A DNA stretch of 64,000 nt, taken from a virus. The notes under the pieces are model-generated. The model was not told the origin of the DNA. It searched no databases and saw nothing but the letters and a program-made list of their open reading frames with translations. The stretch is taken from positions 18,852 through 82,851 of the IMG/VR virus record IMGVR_UViG_3300017917_001151; one strand, 5' to 3'. Within the stretch, counting starts at the first letter, position 1. Each line of letters starts with the position of its first letter. Both the position numbers and the translations under genes were made by a program. Positions 9,198 through 18,050 of the stretch are shown piece after piece.

Positions 9198-10292
9198 TTA
9201 TGAGTTTCCAATCTTACCAAACGGTTCCCATAAGCCAGGAGCTCCTGCCTGTACACAAATCCAACCCACATACTGATTAATTCTCGGATTTGAATTCCAC
9301 ACTATATCGCCTGAATTATATGCTCCACTAGTAGGATATGTTTCTCCTACGGTTTGTAGTTTGTTACTGAATCTCACTGGACCGTTTACATGAAGGTCTA
9401 CTTCGGGATCCGGTGTTGAAACTCTTATAGATAATTTTCCGTGTACAGATACCTGCACAGGAGCTATCTTGGGATTACCTAAATTAATATTTCCGCTAGA
9501 GCTAATGATAATTCTAGCTGTGTTATCTGTGCCAATTTCTAAATTATGACTGGCATAGGTTCCGATAAATCCTTTTACTGTATCTTTAGATCCGAGTATA
9601 AGTTCTACATCGCCTTCTACAATACTGAGTGCGGCATTCGGATCTTCTGTACCTAGCCCTAGTCTGTTTGTATCTGATCTAAATGAAACGTATTGACTTA
9701 TAGATACATCACCGTCTACGATTAATCCTTGTAGTCTTCCTACCTGTTTTAGATTACTTTTTGTAATAGTAGGACCTAATTCTTGTTCATCTATGAGTTT
9801 AACATTATTGACGGTTATACTTTTGCCTTTGCCTAAATCTAAATTTTCAGACACAAAAATTCTATCTGGATTACTAAAATAAACTAATTGCTTGGTGTAA
9901 CCTTTTCCGGACCATAGCAGACCTTTGCCGTCGAGAACATCTCCGCCGAACGATATAGGAACATCTTTTTCAAACTTAATGTCGGCTTTGATTTCTTCTA
10001 CTTCTAATATCTTAGTTTTTAGGGTGCCGTTTACTGTTAGATTATCTAAGTTTTCTACAAAAAGATTTTTTGCGTGTACGCCAAATTCGTCTAAGGTTAA
10101 CTGTGTTTTTGATGCTGTATCTTTGATACCGGTACTGGCAAAATTAGTAATAGTACCGCCGTTGATATGATCTCCTGTTAGGGATCTAAGAGGTAATTTA
10201 CGTGCTATTTCTTTAGCATCGGGAGCACCTCGCTGGGCTATTCCTTGGATTTCGTCAGCTAATGCGGCTAGGATTTGGTTGATATTGCTCAT
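9198..10292 (-). CDS. Tail-fibre-like beta-rich structural protein
   Basis: Collinear similarity to 8366-9196 (GKG.LW.G.GY.KQLVYFS.PDRIF.SENLDL); TAAATA upstream. Confidence 0.6.
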   Translation of the reverse strand: MSNINQILAALADEIQGIAQRGAPDAKEIARKLPLRSLTGDHINGGTITNFASTGIKDTASKTQLTLDEFGVHAKNLFVENLDNLTVNGTLKTKILEVEEIKADIKFEKDVPISFGGDVLDGKGLLWSGKGYTKQLVYFSNPDRIFVSENLDLGKGKSITVNNVKLIDEQELGPTITKSNLKQVGRLQGLIVDGDVSISQYVSFRSDTNRLGLGTEDPNAALSIVEGDVELILGSKDTVKGFIGTYASHNLEIGTDNTARIIISSSGNINLGNPKIAPVQVSVHGKLSIRVSTPDPEVDLHVNGPVRFSNKLQTVGETYPTSGAYNSGDIVWNSNPRINQYVGWICVQAGAPGLWEPFGKIGNS

Positions 10293-10314
10293 AGTATTGT
10301 ATTTATCCGCCAAC

Positions 10315-10340
10315 AAAAAAGCAGGCCGAAGCCTGCTTTT
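10315..10340 (-). terminator. Intrinsic terminator (possibly bidirectional)
   Basis: AAAAGCAGGC-CGAA-GCCTGCTTTT (UUCG loop on the minus strand) with flanking A/T tracts. Confidence 0.85.
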
Positions 10341-10357
10341 ACTGAGTATTTACTTTG

Positions 10358-11530
10358 TTATTGTACTTTAAGTAGGATAGTATCTTCGTTGATACGTCCG
10401 TTGAGCTTAATATCTACTGCTTTAATGTCCTCTAGGAACTTACGCAGAGCAACTTTACCTGCATCTTTAAATGCTTTGAGTTGTTCTTCTGGCTTACGCA
10501 GAGTCTTTTGTACGCTCTTGATCGTGTCGTAGCCAGTGATCGTAGTACCTTTAACTCCGAGCTCGTTAAACTCACCAGCAACATATTTGCCCAACTTACG
10601 AGTTTTGGTATTGTAGATCCAAAGCTCTTTAGCACCAATAATGTCCGTAGGATTAATAGACACTAGTTTTAGAGTCTGCTCGGTTTTCATGTACTTGAGC
10701 TTGCCTACGATCTTCTCAGCAGGTACAGCTTTGCGAGCACGTGGCTTCTTGTTAACCTTAGCTTCCTGCATGAGCATGTCACAGGCAGTAAGAATATCAT
10801 TATAGAAAGCTACGATCTTCTTGACCTGTGCTTTGCTCAAATGGCTGTAACCTTCTTTGAGCTGATCGCACTTGCCTTCTTGAAGCTCAAGGTATTCATC
10901 ATACTGACGCTTGTAAACGTCTTTGATAATACGAGCGTGTGCGGCTTTAGCCTGTTTTCCTTTAAGAAGGTTAAGTACCTTAAATACTTTAGGATCAAAG
11001 GATTCTGGATCTGTAGCAAACGATTCGATAGCATCTTCGATTTCTTCAGTCATCTTATAAGAAGCTTCACGAACACGATCCTGGATGCTAGGCAGTTGGA
11101 CAGCGGGTTTAACTTCTTGACTGTCTTCGGGCTCTTGCTCGTCATCCTTGCCTTCTTCAATAATCTTAGCAATTGATTTGCTCAACCATTCTGCGGTACT
11201 ACGACCTTCGTTAAAGTCTGCACGTTGAGCAGGCATACCTTTAAGGAGATTGGCCGCAACTGCACCAACAGTTACAGAACAGCGATTATCTTTGGTATCC
11301 TTGAATGCTTTGATAACATCCTTAGGATAATTCTGGCTGCTCATCCAATTAATGACTTTGGGCTTGAGTTCTTTACCAGAGCTTTCCAAACGGTACCACT
11401 CCATAGAAACTCGGAAGTGTTTATTAAACTGTTCAGCAGTCATCGATTCGTGATCGTCCCACTTTGGACTTAGATCACGCCCTTTATTCTGACGAATAGC
11501 GATAGCTGCTTTTTTGAGTTTAGTTGCCAT
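10358..11530 (-). CDS. Lys-rich hypothetical protein, probably early-expressed
   Basis: 390-aa ORF with AGGAG RBS, its own consensus promoter and a terminator. Confidence 0.85.
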   Translation of the reverse strand: MATKLKKAAIAIRQNKGRDLSPKWDDHESMTAEQFNKHFRVSMEWYRLESSGKELKPKVINWMSSQNYPKDVIKAFKDTKDNRCSVTVGAVAANLLKGMPAQRADFNEGRSTAEWLSKSIAKIIEEGKDDEQEPEDSQEVKPAVQLPSIQDRVREASYKMTEEIEDAIESFATDPESFDPKVFKVLNLLKGKQAKAAHARIIKDVYKRQYDEYLELQEGKCDQLKEGYSHLSKAQVKKIVAFYNDILTACDMLMQEAKVNKKPRARKAVPAEKIVGKLKYMKTEQTLKLVSINPTDIIGAKELWIYNTKTRKLGKYVAGEFNELGVKGTTITGYDTIKSVQKTLRKPEEQLKAFKDAGKVALRKFLEDIKAVDIKLNGRINEDTILLKVQ

Positions 11531-11564
11531 TTAGATTCACTCCTAACTGTTTAACAATACTTAT

Positions 11565-11593
11565 ATTATACGGCCAAAAGATCATTTTGTCAA
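11565..11593 (-). promoter_or_regulatory. Consensus sigma70 promoter
   Basis: TTGACA-N17-TATAAT. Confidence 0.88.
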
Positions 11594-11784
11594 CCTTGTT
11601 CAAACCGATCTATCTCAACCAAATCGCCTTCTTCATTTTCTCTGTATACTATAGTTTGAAGATATCCTAGGCCTAAATTGGCTTCGGCAATTTCGTATGC
11701 TTCTTTCTTACTGCTGGTTGTTTCTAACAGCTCTTCGTGGAACGATTCGTCCACGCCCCAGACCTCGTAAAGTTCCCAGGTCAT
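11590..11784 (-). CDS. Small acidic hypothetical protein
   Basis: 64-aa ORF in a co-oriented run. Confidence 0.7.
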   Translation of the reverse strand: MTWELYEVWGVDESFHEELLETTSSKKEAYEIAEANLGLGYLQTIVYRENEEGDLVEIDRFEQG

Positions 11785-11806
11785 GATAAATTATTAATCT
11801 CCTAAG

Positions 11807-12343
11807 TTAAACAAATTTTTCCCAATCTCCACCGGGCGCCACTGCCCAGCCAAGACGTTGGAGATCATTCCGAATCTCGTCGGTGATGCAACCTTCTGGT
11901 ACTAGATCAACTGCAAGTTCTTCGTCGTAGCTCATACCGCCACGGATGCCAGAACAGTACCAATCTATATAGTCACCTTCCTGTCGCATGTCTGCGATTA
12001 TGCCTCCGGCATAGCGCCAAGAGCAACTCCATTCCTCTTGTTTAAGCACAGGAATAACTTCCAATCTAATAAATCCGTTATTACACATAGCCGCATATAA
12101 GTTTTGGGCATAGATTTCGGACGAACGAACTTTCTCCAAAACCCAATCAGTGGTTAGGAGATCGTACTCCATATTGTTTATTCTGCTTTCGGGATCATCA
12201 AATCTTTGATCGTATTGTTTGAGATGTTTCTCAAACATTTCTAGATAATCGGGATTAGGTTCTTCACCTTTTTCTTCGCACCGTTCAACATAACCCTCTT
12301 TTTGGAAAGTCATTCTTTCAGGACTCTTGCTGATCTTTTTCAT
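11807..12343 (-). CDS. Hypothetical protein
   Basis: 178-aa ORF with YAQNLYAAMCNN, WSCSWR and YIDWYCSG motifs. Confidence 0.8.
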   Translation of the reverse strand: MKKISKSPERMTFQKEGYVERCEEKGEEPNPDYLEMFEKHLKQYDQRFDDPESRINNMEYDLLTTDWVLEKVRSSEIYAQNLYAAMCNNGFIRLEVIPVLKQEEWSCSWRYAGGIIADMRQEGDYIDWYCSGIRGGMSYDEELAVDLVPEGCITDEIRNDLQRLGWAVAPGGDWEKFV

Positions 12344-12818
12344 GGTCGTAAGGTTCTACGTTTTCTTCTATAACAGCAGTATCACCGTAGCCGTTGGCAT
12401 CGACTAGATCGATCTTAACTGGTCCTAGGATAGCCACGTGATCGTCCTCAATTTCCCAATTGTGGTCTCCGTCGTAGAGCCACGCAGTGCCCCAACGTCC
12501 TTCGTCATCTTCCTTTTCGCCACGTAGTATAGCTTCGATATCTTCTTTTTCTTCTTCTGTAAATCCATCACCGAAGTTTACATAAACACCGCAGAGATCG
12601 TCTAGCTCACAGCCCCAACCTACCTGCGGATTACAATGCACACGATCTGTTTCAGTTTTCCATACAGGTTCGTCTTCTTCTCGGAAGGCCTGTCCCCATC
12701 GCCATATTTCAGTTACATCAAAACCTCGAATAGTTCCGTCGGGCATACGCTCGAATACGTCAACAAAATATTCAACAGATTTCTTTTCTAACGGAGTGAT
12801 GCGATAGAGCTTTTCCAT
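12318..12818 (-). CDS. Acidic hypothetical protein
   Basis: Shares KKS, RW and GP-V/I motifs with 12818-13312. Confidence 0.8.
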   Translation of the reverse strand: MEKLYRITPLEKKSVEYFVDVFERMPDGTIRGFDVTEIWRWGQAFREEDEPVWKTETDRVHCNPQVGWGCELDDLCGVYVNFGDGFTEEEKEDIEAILRGEKEDDEGRWGTAWLYDGDHNWEIEDDHVAILGPVKIDLVDANGYGDTAVIEENVEPYDHEKDQQES

Positions 12819-13312
12819 TATTCTTCCTTGAATTCTACACAGTTACCATCTTCGTCTGCAACAACAATCTTAACTTGATTGCCATCGGCATCTTCAATAA
12901 CAATAGGACCCCAGCACCAAGCTTCGCTTTCGTCGAGCATCCAACCTTCTTGGTCTTCTAGGACTTCGTAGGCACCTTCCTCGGCGATGAGTTCCTCTAG
13001 ACGTTCAATCTCTTCTTCGTCCATATCCTCGGGCCATTCCCAATCTTCCCAGCAGCCGTCATTCATGCCTTCTAGCTCTGAGCTCTCGATATTTGGTCCA
13101 GACAGGCTGTACATATTAACACTGTCTTTCTTACCATCGCCACCTGGAACGAATTCGAATTCAAACTCTGGCGGATTATCATCAGTGGTCTCTACATAAA
13201 AACTAGCCCAACGGAAACCAGTCTTGCGACGGATAGTCATGCCATCTTTGACATAGAGCTCGTGTTCTTCACAGGACTTTTTATAGTAGGTTGATACTTT
13301 CCAATTAGCCAT
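12818..13312 (-). CDS. Acidic hypothetical protein
   Basis: TAATG coupling to the next gene; likely paralog of 12318-12818. Confidence 0.8.
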   Translation of the reverse strand: MANWKVSTYYKKSCEEHELYVKDGMTIRRKTGFRWASFYVETTDDNPPEFEFEFVPGGDGKKDSVNMYSLSGPNIESSELEGMNDGCWEDWEWPEDMDEEEIERLEELIAEEGAYEVLEDQEGWMLDESEAWCWGPIVIEDADGNQVKIVVADEDGNCVEFKEE

Positions 13313-13655
13313 TTTTCTTCTCCAGACGTTGTTTACGGAATGCCTTTGAATCTTCGATTGCCTTTTTTAAAGTTTCTGCATAGTTAAGAGCTGTCTGCTC
13401 GTTCATTGTCAGAACTGTTTCATGCTGTAAGTAACCTTTGGTTAGCAATGTCCAAATTTGTTTAAACCGATTTATTGACCACCAAGGGCTTTTTACATCA
13501 GCATAAATTGTTACAGTGATGCCTGTGTCCTCTGCTTCTACCCACAGATTGTGTGAGTGATCGGGTTGTCCACAATCACATACAACGTGGTAAGACTTGG
13601 AATCTCCCCAGTCGTTGCTTTTTAGAATACCTTCTGCAGGTGTTTGCAATTTCAT
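13305..13655 (-). CDS. Hypothetical protein
   Basis: CDC..H motif; coupled overlaps with both neighbours. Confidence 0.75.
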   Translation of the reverse strand: MKLQTPAEGILKSNDWGDSKSYHVVCDCGQPDHSHNLWVEAEDTGITVTIYADVKSPWWSINRFKQIWTLLTKGYLQHETVLTMNEQTALNYAETLKKAIEDSKAFRKQRLEKKNG

Positions 13656-13915
13656 TGTAGAGTTCTACCTTTTGCGTTTTGTTCTTGTTGATCTAATCGT
13701 TCTAACATCTCGATGTCGTCTTCATCGAGATCATCTAGGTCCAGAGGACGAGCATTCTTTTGAAACTCGCCGCTTTGAAACATTTCTTTGATCTGTGCAA
13801 CTAGTTCGTCGAGTTCTTCTTGGGTACCTTCGAAATTGTCAAAGCAACCGGGAGCGAACTGGATCTTAAGTTCTTTAACTTCGTCTGCTGTAAGGTCTTG
13901 TAATTTTTTAGTCAT
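13652..13915 (-). CDS. Acidic hypothetical protein
   Basis: ATGA coupling; FAPGCFD motif. Confidence 0.75.
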   Translation of the reverse strand: MTKKLQDLTADEVKELKIQFAPGCFDNFEGTQEELDELVAQIKEMFQSGEFQKNARPLDLDDLDEDDIEMLERLDQQEQNAKGRTLQ

Positions 13916-14124
13916 AGTGTTTTTACCTGATCTCGTTTATCGTAGATGCTTTGGACTATCTTTTGATAATCTTCTTCGTCCATGATTGTTTTATAAAAAG
14001 TTAGTCCTTGGATTACTAGGATTGATGCTATTTCTAACGCACTGTGTTCTTCCAACATAATACGGTTAAAGGCCATATATTTTTCGTATAGGTCTTCTAC
14101 ACCTTTGCCTTCTTCAAACAGCAT
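13912..14124 (-). CDS. Hypothetical protein
   Basis: Start moved to ATG 14124 because the upstream part overlaps a separate ORF. Confidence 0.6.
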   Translation of the reverse strand: MLFEEGKGVEDLYEKYMAFNRIMLEEHSALEIASILVIQGLTFYKTIMDEEDYQKIVQSIYDKRDQVKTL

Positions 14125-14281
14125 CTCTGGTCCTTTGATGTTTATACTCTCTTTTAAGCCACCACTTAAATTTACTAAAATATTCTTCGTAGGTGTACTT
14201 AGGAATATTAGTTTGAAAATGTTCTTCACAATTTTCATACCAAAGTTCTCGAACCCAAGTTCTAAAAGCAGAAGATTTCAT
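14114..14281 (-). CDS. Small Trp-rich hypothetical protein (55 aa)
   Basis: Hand-translated MKSSAFRTWVRELWYENCEEH...KWWLKREY...; starts 1 nt after the upstream stop. Confidence 0.7.
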   Translation of the reverse strand: MKSSAFRTWVRELWYENCEEHFQTNIPKYTYEEYFSKFKWWLKREYKHQRTRDAV

Positions 14282-14282
14282 T

Positions 14283-15092
14283 TTATGTCCATAGTGATTG
14301 ACGAACCTTAATAAGACGAATCATCATTTCTTCGTCCTCTTTATCATATTGTGCTTCCAACTCACGGCTCTTGTCAAGAGCTGTGCGGCACATTTCGGCT
14401 TCTTCTGAAGTCTTATCTTCCATATCTAGAAGATGATAGCCCTTTTCTCTGCGCATATTGCAGTAGGCAGTCCACCCGCTGGCATCGTGTACATCGGGAC
14501 GATTTGGATAAACTTCTTTCCACCAAGTGTAGAGTTCTAGGATTTCTCGGGCAGCTTTGGCCTGATAGGTAGGTTCAGGAGTTTGACCTTCTTCGATAAA
14601 GTCTTTGTTGGTCAAAGTCATCGCCCATTTTAAGTGTTCGATGCCTGCTTCCGGACAACGCCATTGACGATACCAACGGCGCCACCAAGGGTAATTATAC
14701 TTTTTACGGGCAGCTTCGTCCCAAAGACAGTGATGCCACGCCTGTTCTATTTCAACGAATTCAACAAGTTCGTTAAAAAGGCATGGCAGGAATCGATTCC
14801 CAACATCGCACCAAGTGCCACGGTGGATATCGCGAGGGTGAGCAGAAAGACAATGAGTGCGAGTAATAAAGCGATTGTTGATATAATATCGAACATTATC
14901 GATCCTTTCTGGTATCCAACACCAAACGTTTTGGATATAATCCAATCCTTCTTCAGCCAGCCACCAACGAATGGGGTACTTGGCTTTAGCAGCCTTTTCC
15001 CATTCAGACCACTCCTTGCCTGTACCGCACTGAAGCTTAGTGGTGCCGCGGATCCAATCCGCAAATTTTGAACAAGTCCAATAATTTCTCAT
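14283..15092 (-). CDS. Trp-rich hypothetical protein
   Basis: 269-aa ORF directly below a consensus promoter. Confidence 0.8.
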   Translation of the reverse strand: MRNYWTCSKFADWIRGTTKLQCGTGKEWSEWEKAAKAKYPIRWWLAEEGLDYIQNVWCWIPERIDNVRYYINNRFITRTHCLSAHPRDIHRGTWCDVGNRFLPCLFNELVEFVEIEQAWHHCLWDEAARKKYNYPWWRRWYRQWRCPEAGIEHLKWAMTLTNKDFIEEGQTPEPTYQAKAAREILELYTWWKEVYPNRPDVHDASGWTAYCNMRREKGYHLLDMEDKTSEEAEMCRTALDKSRELEAQYDKEDEEMMIRLIKVRQSLWT

Positions 15093-15119
15093 ATAATTTT
15101 CTTTCTGTCGAACACTTTA

Positions 15120-15148
15120 ATTATACTAGAAATTTAAAAACCTGTCAA
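15120..15148 (-). promoter_or_regulatory. Consensus sigma70 promoter
   Basis: TTGACA-N17-TATAAT. Confidence 0.88.
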
Positions 15149-15165
15149 TATGATTCAAAAACGAC

Positions 15166-15549
15166 TCAAAATTTTCTTTGGTAGCCTGCTAGATTGAGCA
15201 TGATTGAATACTGCTCATAGGCTTTTTGGACAGCAGGATTTGTATTACGATAGTATGACTCTTCTCGTTCCTTTTCCATTAGGATTTGGAACATATCAAC
15301 TTCGCCCTGACTGTGCCGTTGCATCCTAAAGAAACGTCGTTCGAGTTCAATTAGAGCCCTTAGACGACCTTCAGGGATTTCCATAGTAAACACTCTTTCA
15401 GTTTCGTACTCAATAACATCGTTTCTTATGATATCAGCACGTTCTGGATCTGTAAAGAACTTAGGAGGATGATACCGTGCCCTACGCTTTTGATCGTTTA
15501 GGACACGGACCTCGTAGTTTTCACAAAAATCTTTTAGTTCTTCATTCAT
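15166..15549 (-). CDS. Hypothetical protein
   Basis: 127-aa ORF coupled to thyX. Confidence 0.75.
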   Translation of the reverse strand: MNEELKDFCENYEVRVLNDQKRRARYHPPKFFTDPERADIIRNDVIEYETERVFTMEIPEGRLRALIELERRFFRMQRHSQGEVDMFQILMEKEREESYYRNTNPAVQKAYEQYSIMLNLAGYQRKF

Positions 15550-16228
15550 GTGACACTAGACTTTCCGTCATAGGAAATATAGCAGCGATGGCCTTAGCAC
15601 AGGCTAGAGCAACTAGCTGATGTTCTTTTTGTGTACCGTTACCTGAACGTAGTTCAATGAAGTGTACCCACGAACGCAGTGTACCGTTCATATACAGTTT
15701 GCTTTCGATATTGCCTTCTGGTAGTACTGAGCGAGCCTGTTCTTTTGCTATGCCGTTCGTGACAGCCCAAGTGTAGGCTTCACGAGAGGCTCTAATAACA
15801 GCCTGTTGTTTTTCTTCCCATAAACGTGCAAGCTCTCTCTGCTCAGGGTCTGCCAGGTCCAATTCGACAGAATTCTGTCTGTTTTTTGTGTCCTGCAATC
15901 GTGCTTCTCTAGTGACGAAGTTAAGATCTTTTGTAGGGTCAGCGTATCGTTGACTAAATTCCTGGAAGGAAAAACTTCTGTGTCGAAGAATTTGTCTTGC
16001 GATATCTCTGGTGGTGGTGATTTCCACACACGCTGATACCATTTCAAGGGGGCTCCAGTGGGCGTGTTTGACCAGGTATCGAATAAGTTTCTCTGATGTT
16101 TCGGAGTTAAATTGATTGCTTGGATTGCTGACACGGGCGCAGTACGCGATGAGTTCCTGTGCATCATCGATGCCCAAGTCTGCAAATTCTTTTGTTGGTT
16201 GTGAATAGGATACGAGTCGAACATCCAT
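15542..16228 (-). CDS. thyX: FAD-dependent thymidylate synthase
   Basis: ARVS, HWSPLE and RHRSFSFQEFSQRY signature. Confidence 0.96.
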   Translation of the reverse strand: MDVRLVSYSQPTKEFADLGIDDAQELIAYCARVSNPSNQFNSETSEKLIRYLVKHAHWSPLEMVSACVEITTTRDIARQILRHRSFSFQEFSQRYADPTKDLNFVTREARLQDTKNRQNSVELDLADPEQRELARLWEEKQQAVIRASREAYTWAVTNGIAKEQARSVLPEGNIESKLYMNGTLRSWVHFIELRSGNGTQKEHQLVALACAKAIAAIFPMTESLVSHE

Positions 16229-16674
16229 TATGATTCCTTTAATATCTTCATTAACTTCTCTTTTTCGAGAAGATCTTTTTCTAGCTCTATATATTGTTGC
16301 CTAAGTTCTTTAAGTTTTTCCCAACGACCTTCTAGTTCGGGATTGGGTTTAAGAATGCCTAGACGCTCTTCGATTTTTTCTATAGCTTCGGTTAAACTTT
16401 TCCCGCCTATCTTTATATCAGCACCTTCTTTCATAGTCAGTCCGTCAGCATCAATATGTACATTAGAAGGTTGATAATATTGACTAGATGTCCAACTAAC
16501 AGTGCTAGAAGTTCCTGACGATAGTGTATAACCATTAGTAGGTAAGGTCACCGAACTAGTCGTCCATGTAGAAGGATCTAAAGTAATAGTATCAACGCCG
16601 GCACCACCTATAGAATAACTGGTGCCAGCGCCGTAACCTGAACCAAGAACAACTGTGTTGTCTTGATCGGACAT
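16228..16674 (-). CDS. Hypothetical protein (Ser/Thr-rich N-terminus, coiled-coil C-terminus)
   Basis: ATG 16674 lies 1 nt after the upstream stop; IEERLGIL.PNPELE..W motif. Confidence 0.75.
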   Translation of the reverse strand: MSDQDNTVVLGSGYGAGTSYSIGGAGVDTITLDPSTWTTSSVTLPTNGYTLSSGTSSTVSWTSSQYYQPSNVHIDADGLTMKEGADIKIGGKSLTEAIEKIEERLGILKPNPELEGRWEKLKELRQQYIELEKDLLEKEKLMKILKES

Positions 16675-16675
16675 A

Positions 16676-16873
16676 TTACTTGCCTGCTGCTTTGGCTTCT
16701 TTGCGGGCGTTCTTTTCTTCGGTGATTTCATTACGACGAGCCTTTACTAGTTTGGCTACCTCTTGTAATGCCTTACGAGCACGAGTACCTGCTGCGCCGT
16801 TGCCTGATGTAAATTTAGCATCTTCTGCTAGAAACTCTTCAAACTGTGATTTTAATTGTTCTACTGTTGACAT
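16676..16873 (-). CDS. Hc1-like small basic nucleoid protein
   Basis: GNGAAGTRARKAL motif. Confidence 0.7.
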   Translation of the reverse strand: MSTVEQLKSQFEEFLAEDAKFTSGNGAAGTRARKALQEVAKLVKARRNEITEEKNARKEAKAAGK

Positions 16874-16894
16874 ATATTATTTCCTTATAATAAT

Positions 16895-17006
16895 TGGTGT
16901 GGTCGGTAGGTTTCGAACCTACAAAGGCTGCGTCTAAGACTGCGCCCCATCACCAGCTTTTCCTTTCGGAAGAAGCGGCAGGTCTGCCAATTCCACTCAC
17001 GACCAC
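16895..17006 (-). ncRNA. Atypical 112-nt tRNA-like RNA
   Basis: Perfect 7-bp acceptor stem GTGGTCG/CGACCAC plus ACCA; T arm GTAGG-TTCGAAA-CCTAC; Leu-like D loop; two long hairpins replace the normal anticodon and variable arms. Confidence 0.75.
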
Positions 17007-17012
17007 AAGTGT

Positions 17013-17041
17013 ATTATATAACCTTGTTTGTTGAAACACAA
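17013..17041 (-). promoter_or_regulatory. sigma70-type promoter of the tRNA-like RNA
   Basis: TTGTGT-N17-TATAAT; predicted +1 is about 17006, the first acceptor-stem base. Confidence 0.6.
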
Positions 17042-17069
17042 CCCCTTAGTGATTAAATAGTAGCATATT

Positions 17070-18050
17070 ATGTCTACCAATTTTCAAGAAATTCCATTTC
17101 AAAACATAGTTCGATTTGGTCAACGAACAATGTTAACCAAACCCTTGTTTGCCGTAAGTTGGATCCTAGGTAGGTTCTGCAACTACAAATGTAGTTATTG
17201 TTGGCCATATGCAAGGTCAGACAAACCTGATCACGAAAGTTTAGAAACTTACAAATCTACTATCAACGAAATCAAAAGACAGGCTAGACAAAATGGATTC
17301 ACAGAATTCCACTGGAGCTTTAGTGGCGGCGAACCAACCGCTTACAAACATTTAAATGATCTCATCAAACACCTCGACGAACAGGAAAGTCCTTACCAAA
17401 GTGTTCACATGACTACTAATTTGAGTCCCGGTAGTAGTTGGTGGAAAACATGGTGTAACAATACTAGCTTATTGCAAAGAAGAAGTATTACTGCTAGTTT
17501 TCACGAGGAATTTGCCAAAGAGACAGAGTTTGGAGACAAGTGTCTGCAACTGTTAAATGAATATGTACACGTGACTATCAATCAGGTTATGGTTCCGGAA
17601 AAATTTTACGAAACATATGAACAGTGCCAACGATTTCATAAGAGGGGTATTAATGTTACTCTTAAACCACAAAGTGATCCTACAGCCAGTTTTATTGTAG
17701 ATGGCTACACAGAAGATATGATTAATCTTATGCAAACAGGATTTCCTCAGGAATCATTTGGAGAAGAAGTTTATCAAATAGCGTTATACGACACAGAAGG
17801 TAGAGAATATTTGTTTGACCAGGCAGAACGATTTAATACTTTTGGATTCAATAAATTTCAGGAATGGTCTTGTAATTCTGGATATCAAAGTGTTATAATA
17901 AGAGGCAACGAAGTTAAGCGTTCTTATAGCTGCCACGATCAGCCGTTAGGAAATATTTTAACAGGATTTAATTTGTTCGCTGAACCTAAAAAATGTATCA
18001 CACCTAGTTGTGTTAGTTCAGCAGACAGTAAGATACCAAAATGCAAATAG
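17070..18050 (+). CDS. Radical SAM protein, group A (C-terminal Cys-rich twitch/SPASM-like region)
   Basis: CNYKCSYC, GGEPT, C-terminal CNSG...C..C. Confidence 0.92.
   Translation: MSTNFQEIPFQNIVRFGQRTMLTKPLFAVSWILGRFCNYKCSYCWPYARSDKPDHESLETYKSTINEIKRQARQNGFTEFHWSFSGGEPTAYKHLNDLIKHLDEQESPYQSVHMTTNLSPGSSWWKTWCNNTSLLQRRSITASFHEEFAKETEFGDKCLQLLNEYVHVTINQVMVPEKFYETYEQCQRFHKRGINVTLKPQSDPTASFIVDGYTEDMINLMQTGFPQESFGEEVYQIALYDTEGREYLFDQAERFNTFGFNKFQEWSCNSGYQSVIIRGNEVKRSYSCHDQPLGNILTGFNLFAEPKKCITPSCVSSADSKIPKCK

Noticed and set aside
14125-14238. N-terminal part of track ORF 13912-14238
   Set aside because: It overlaps a better-supported 55-aa ORF (14114-14281) in another frame.
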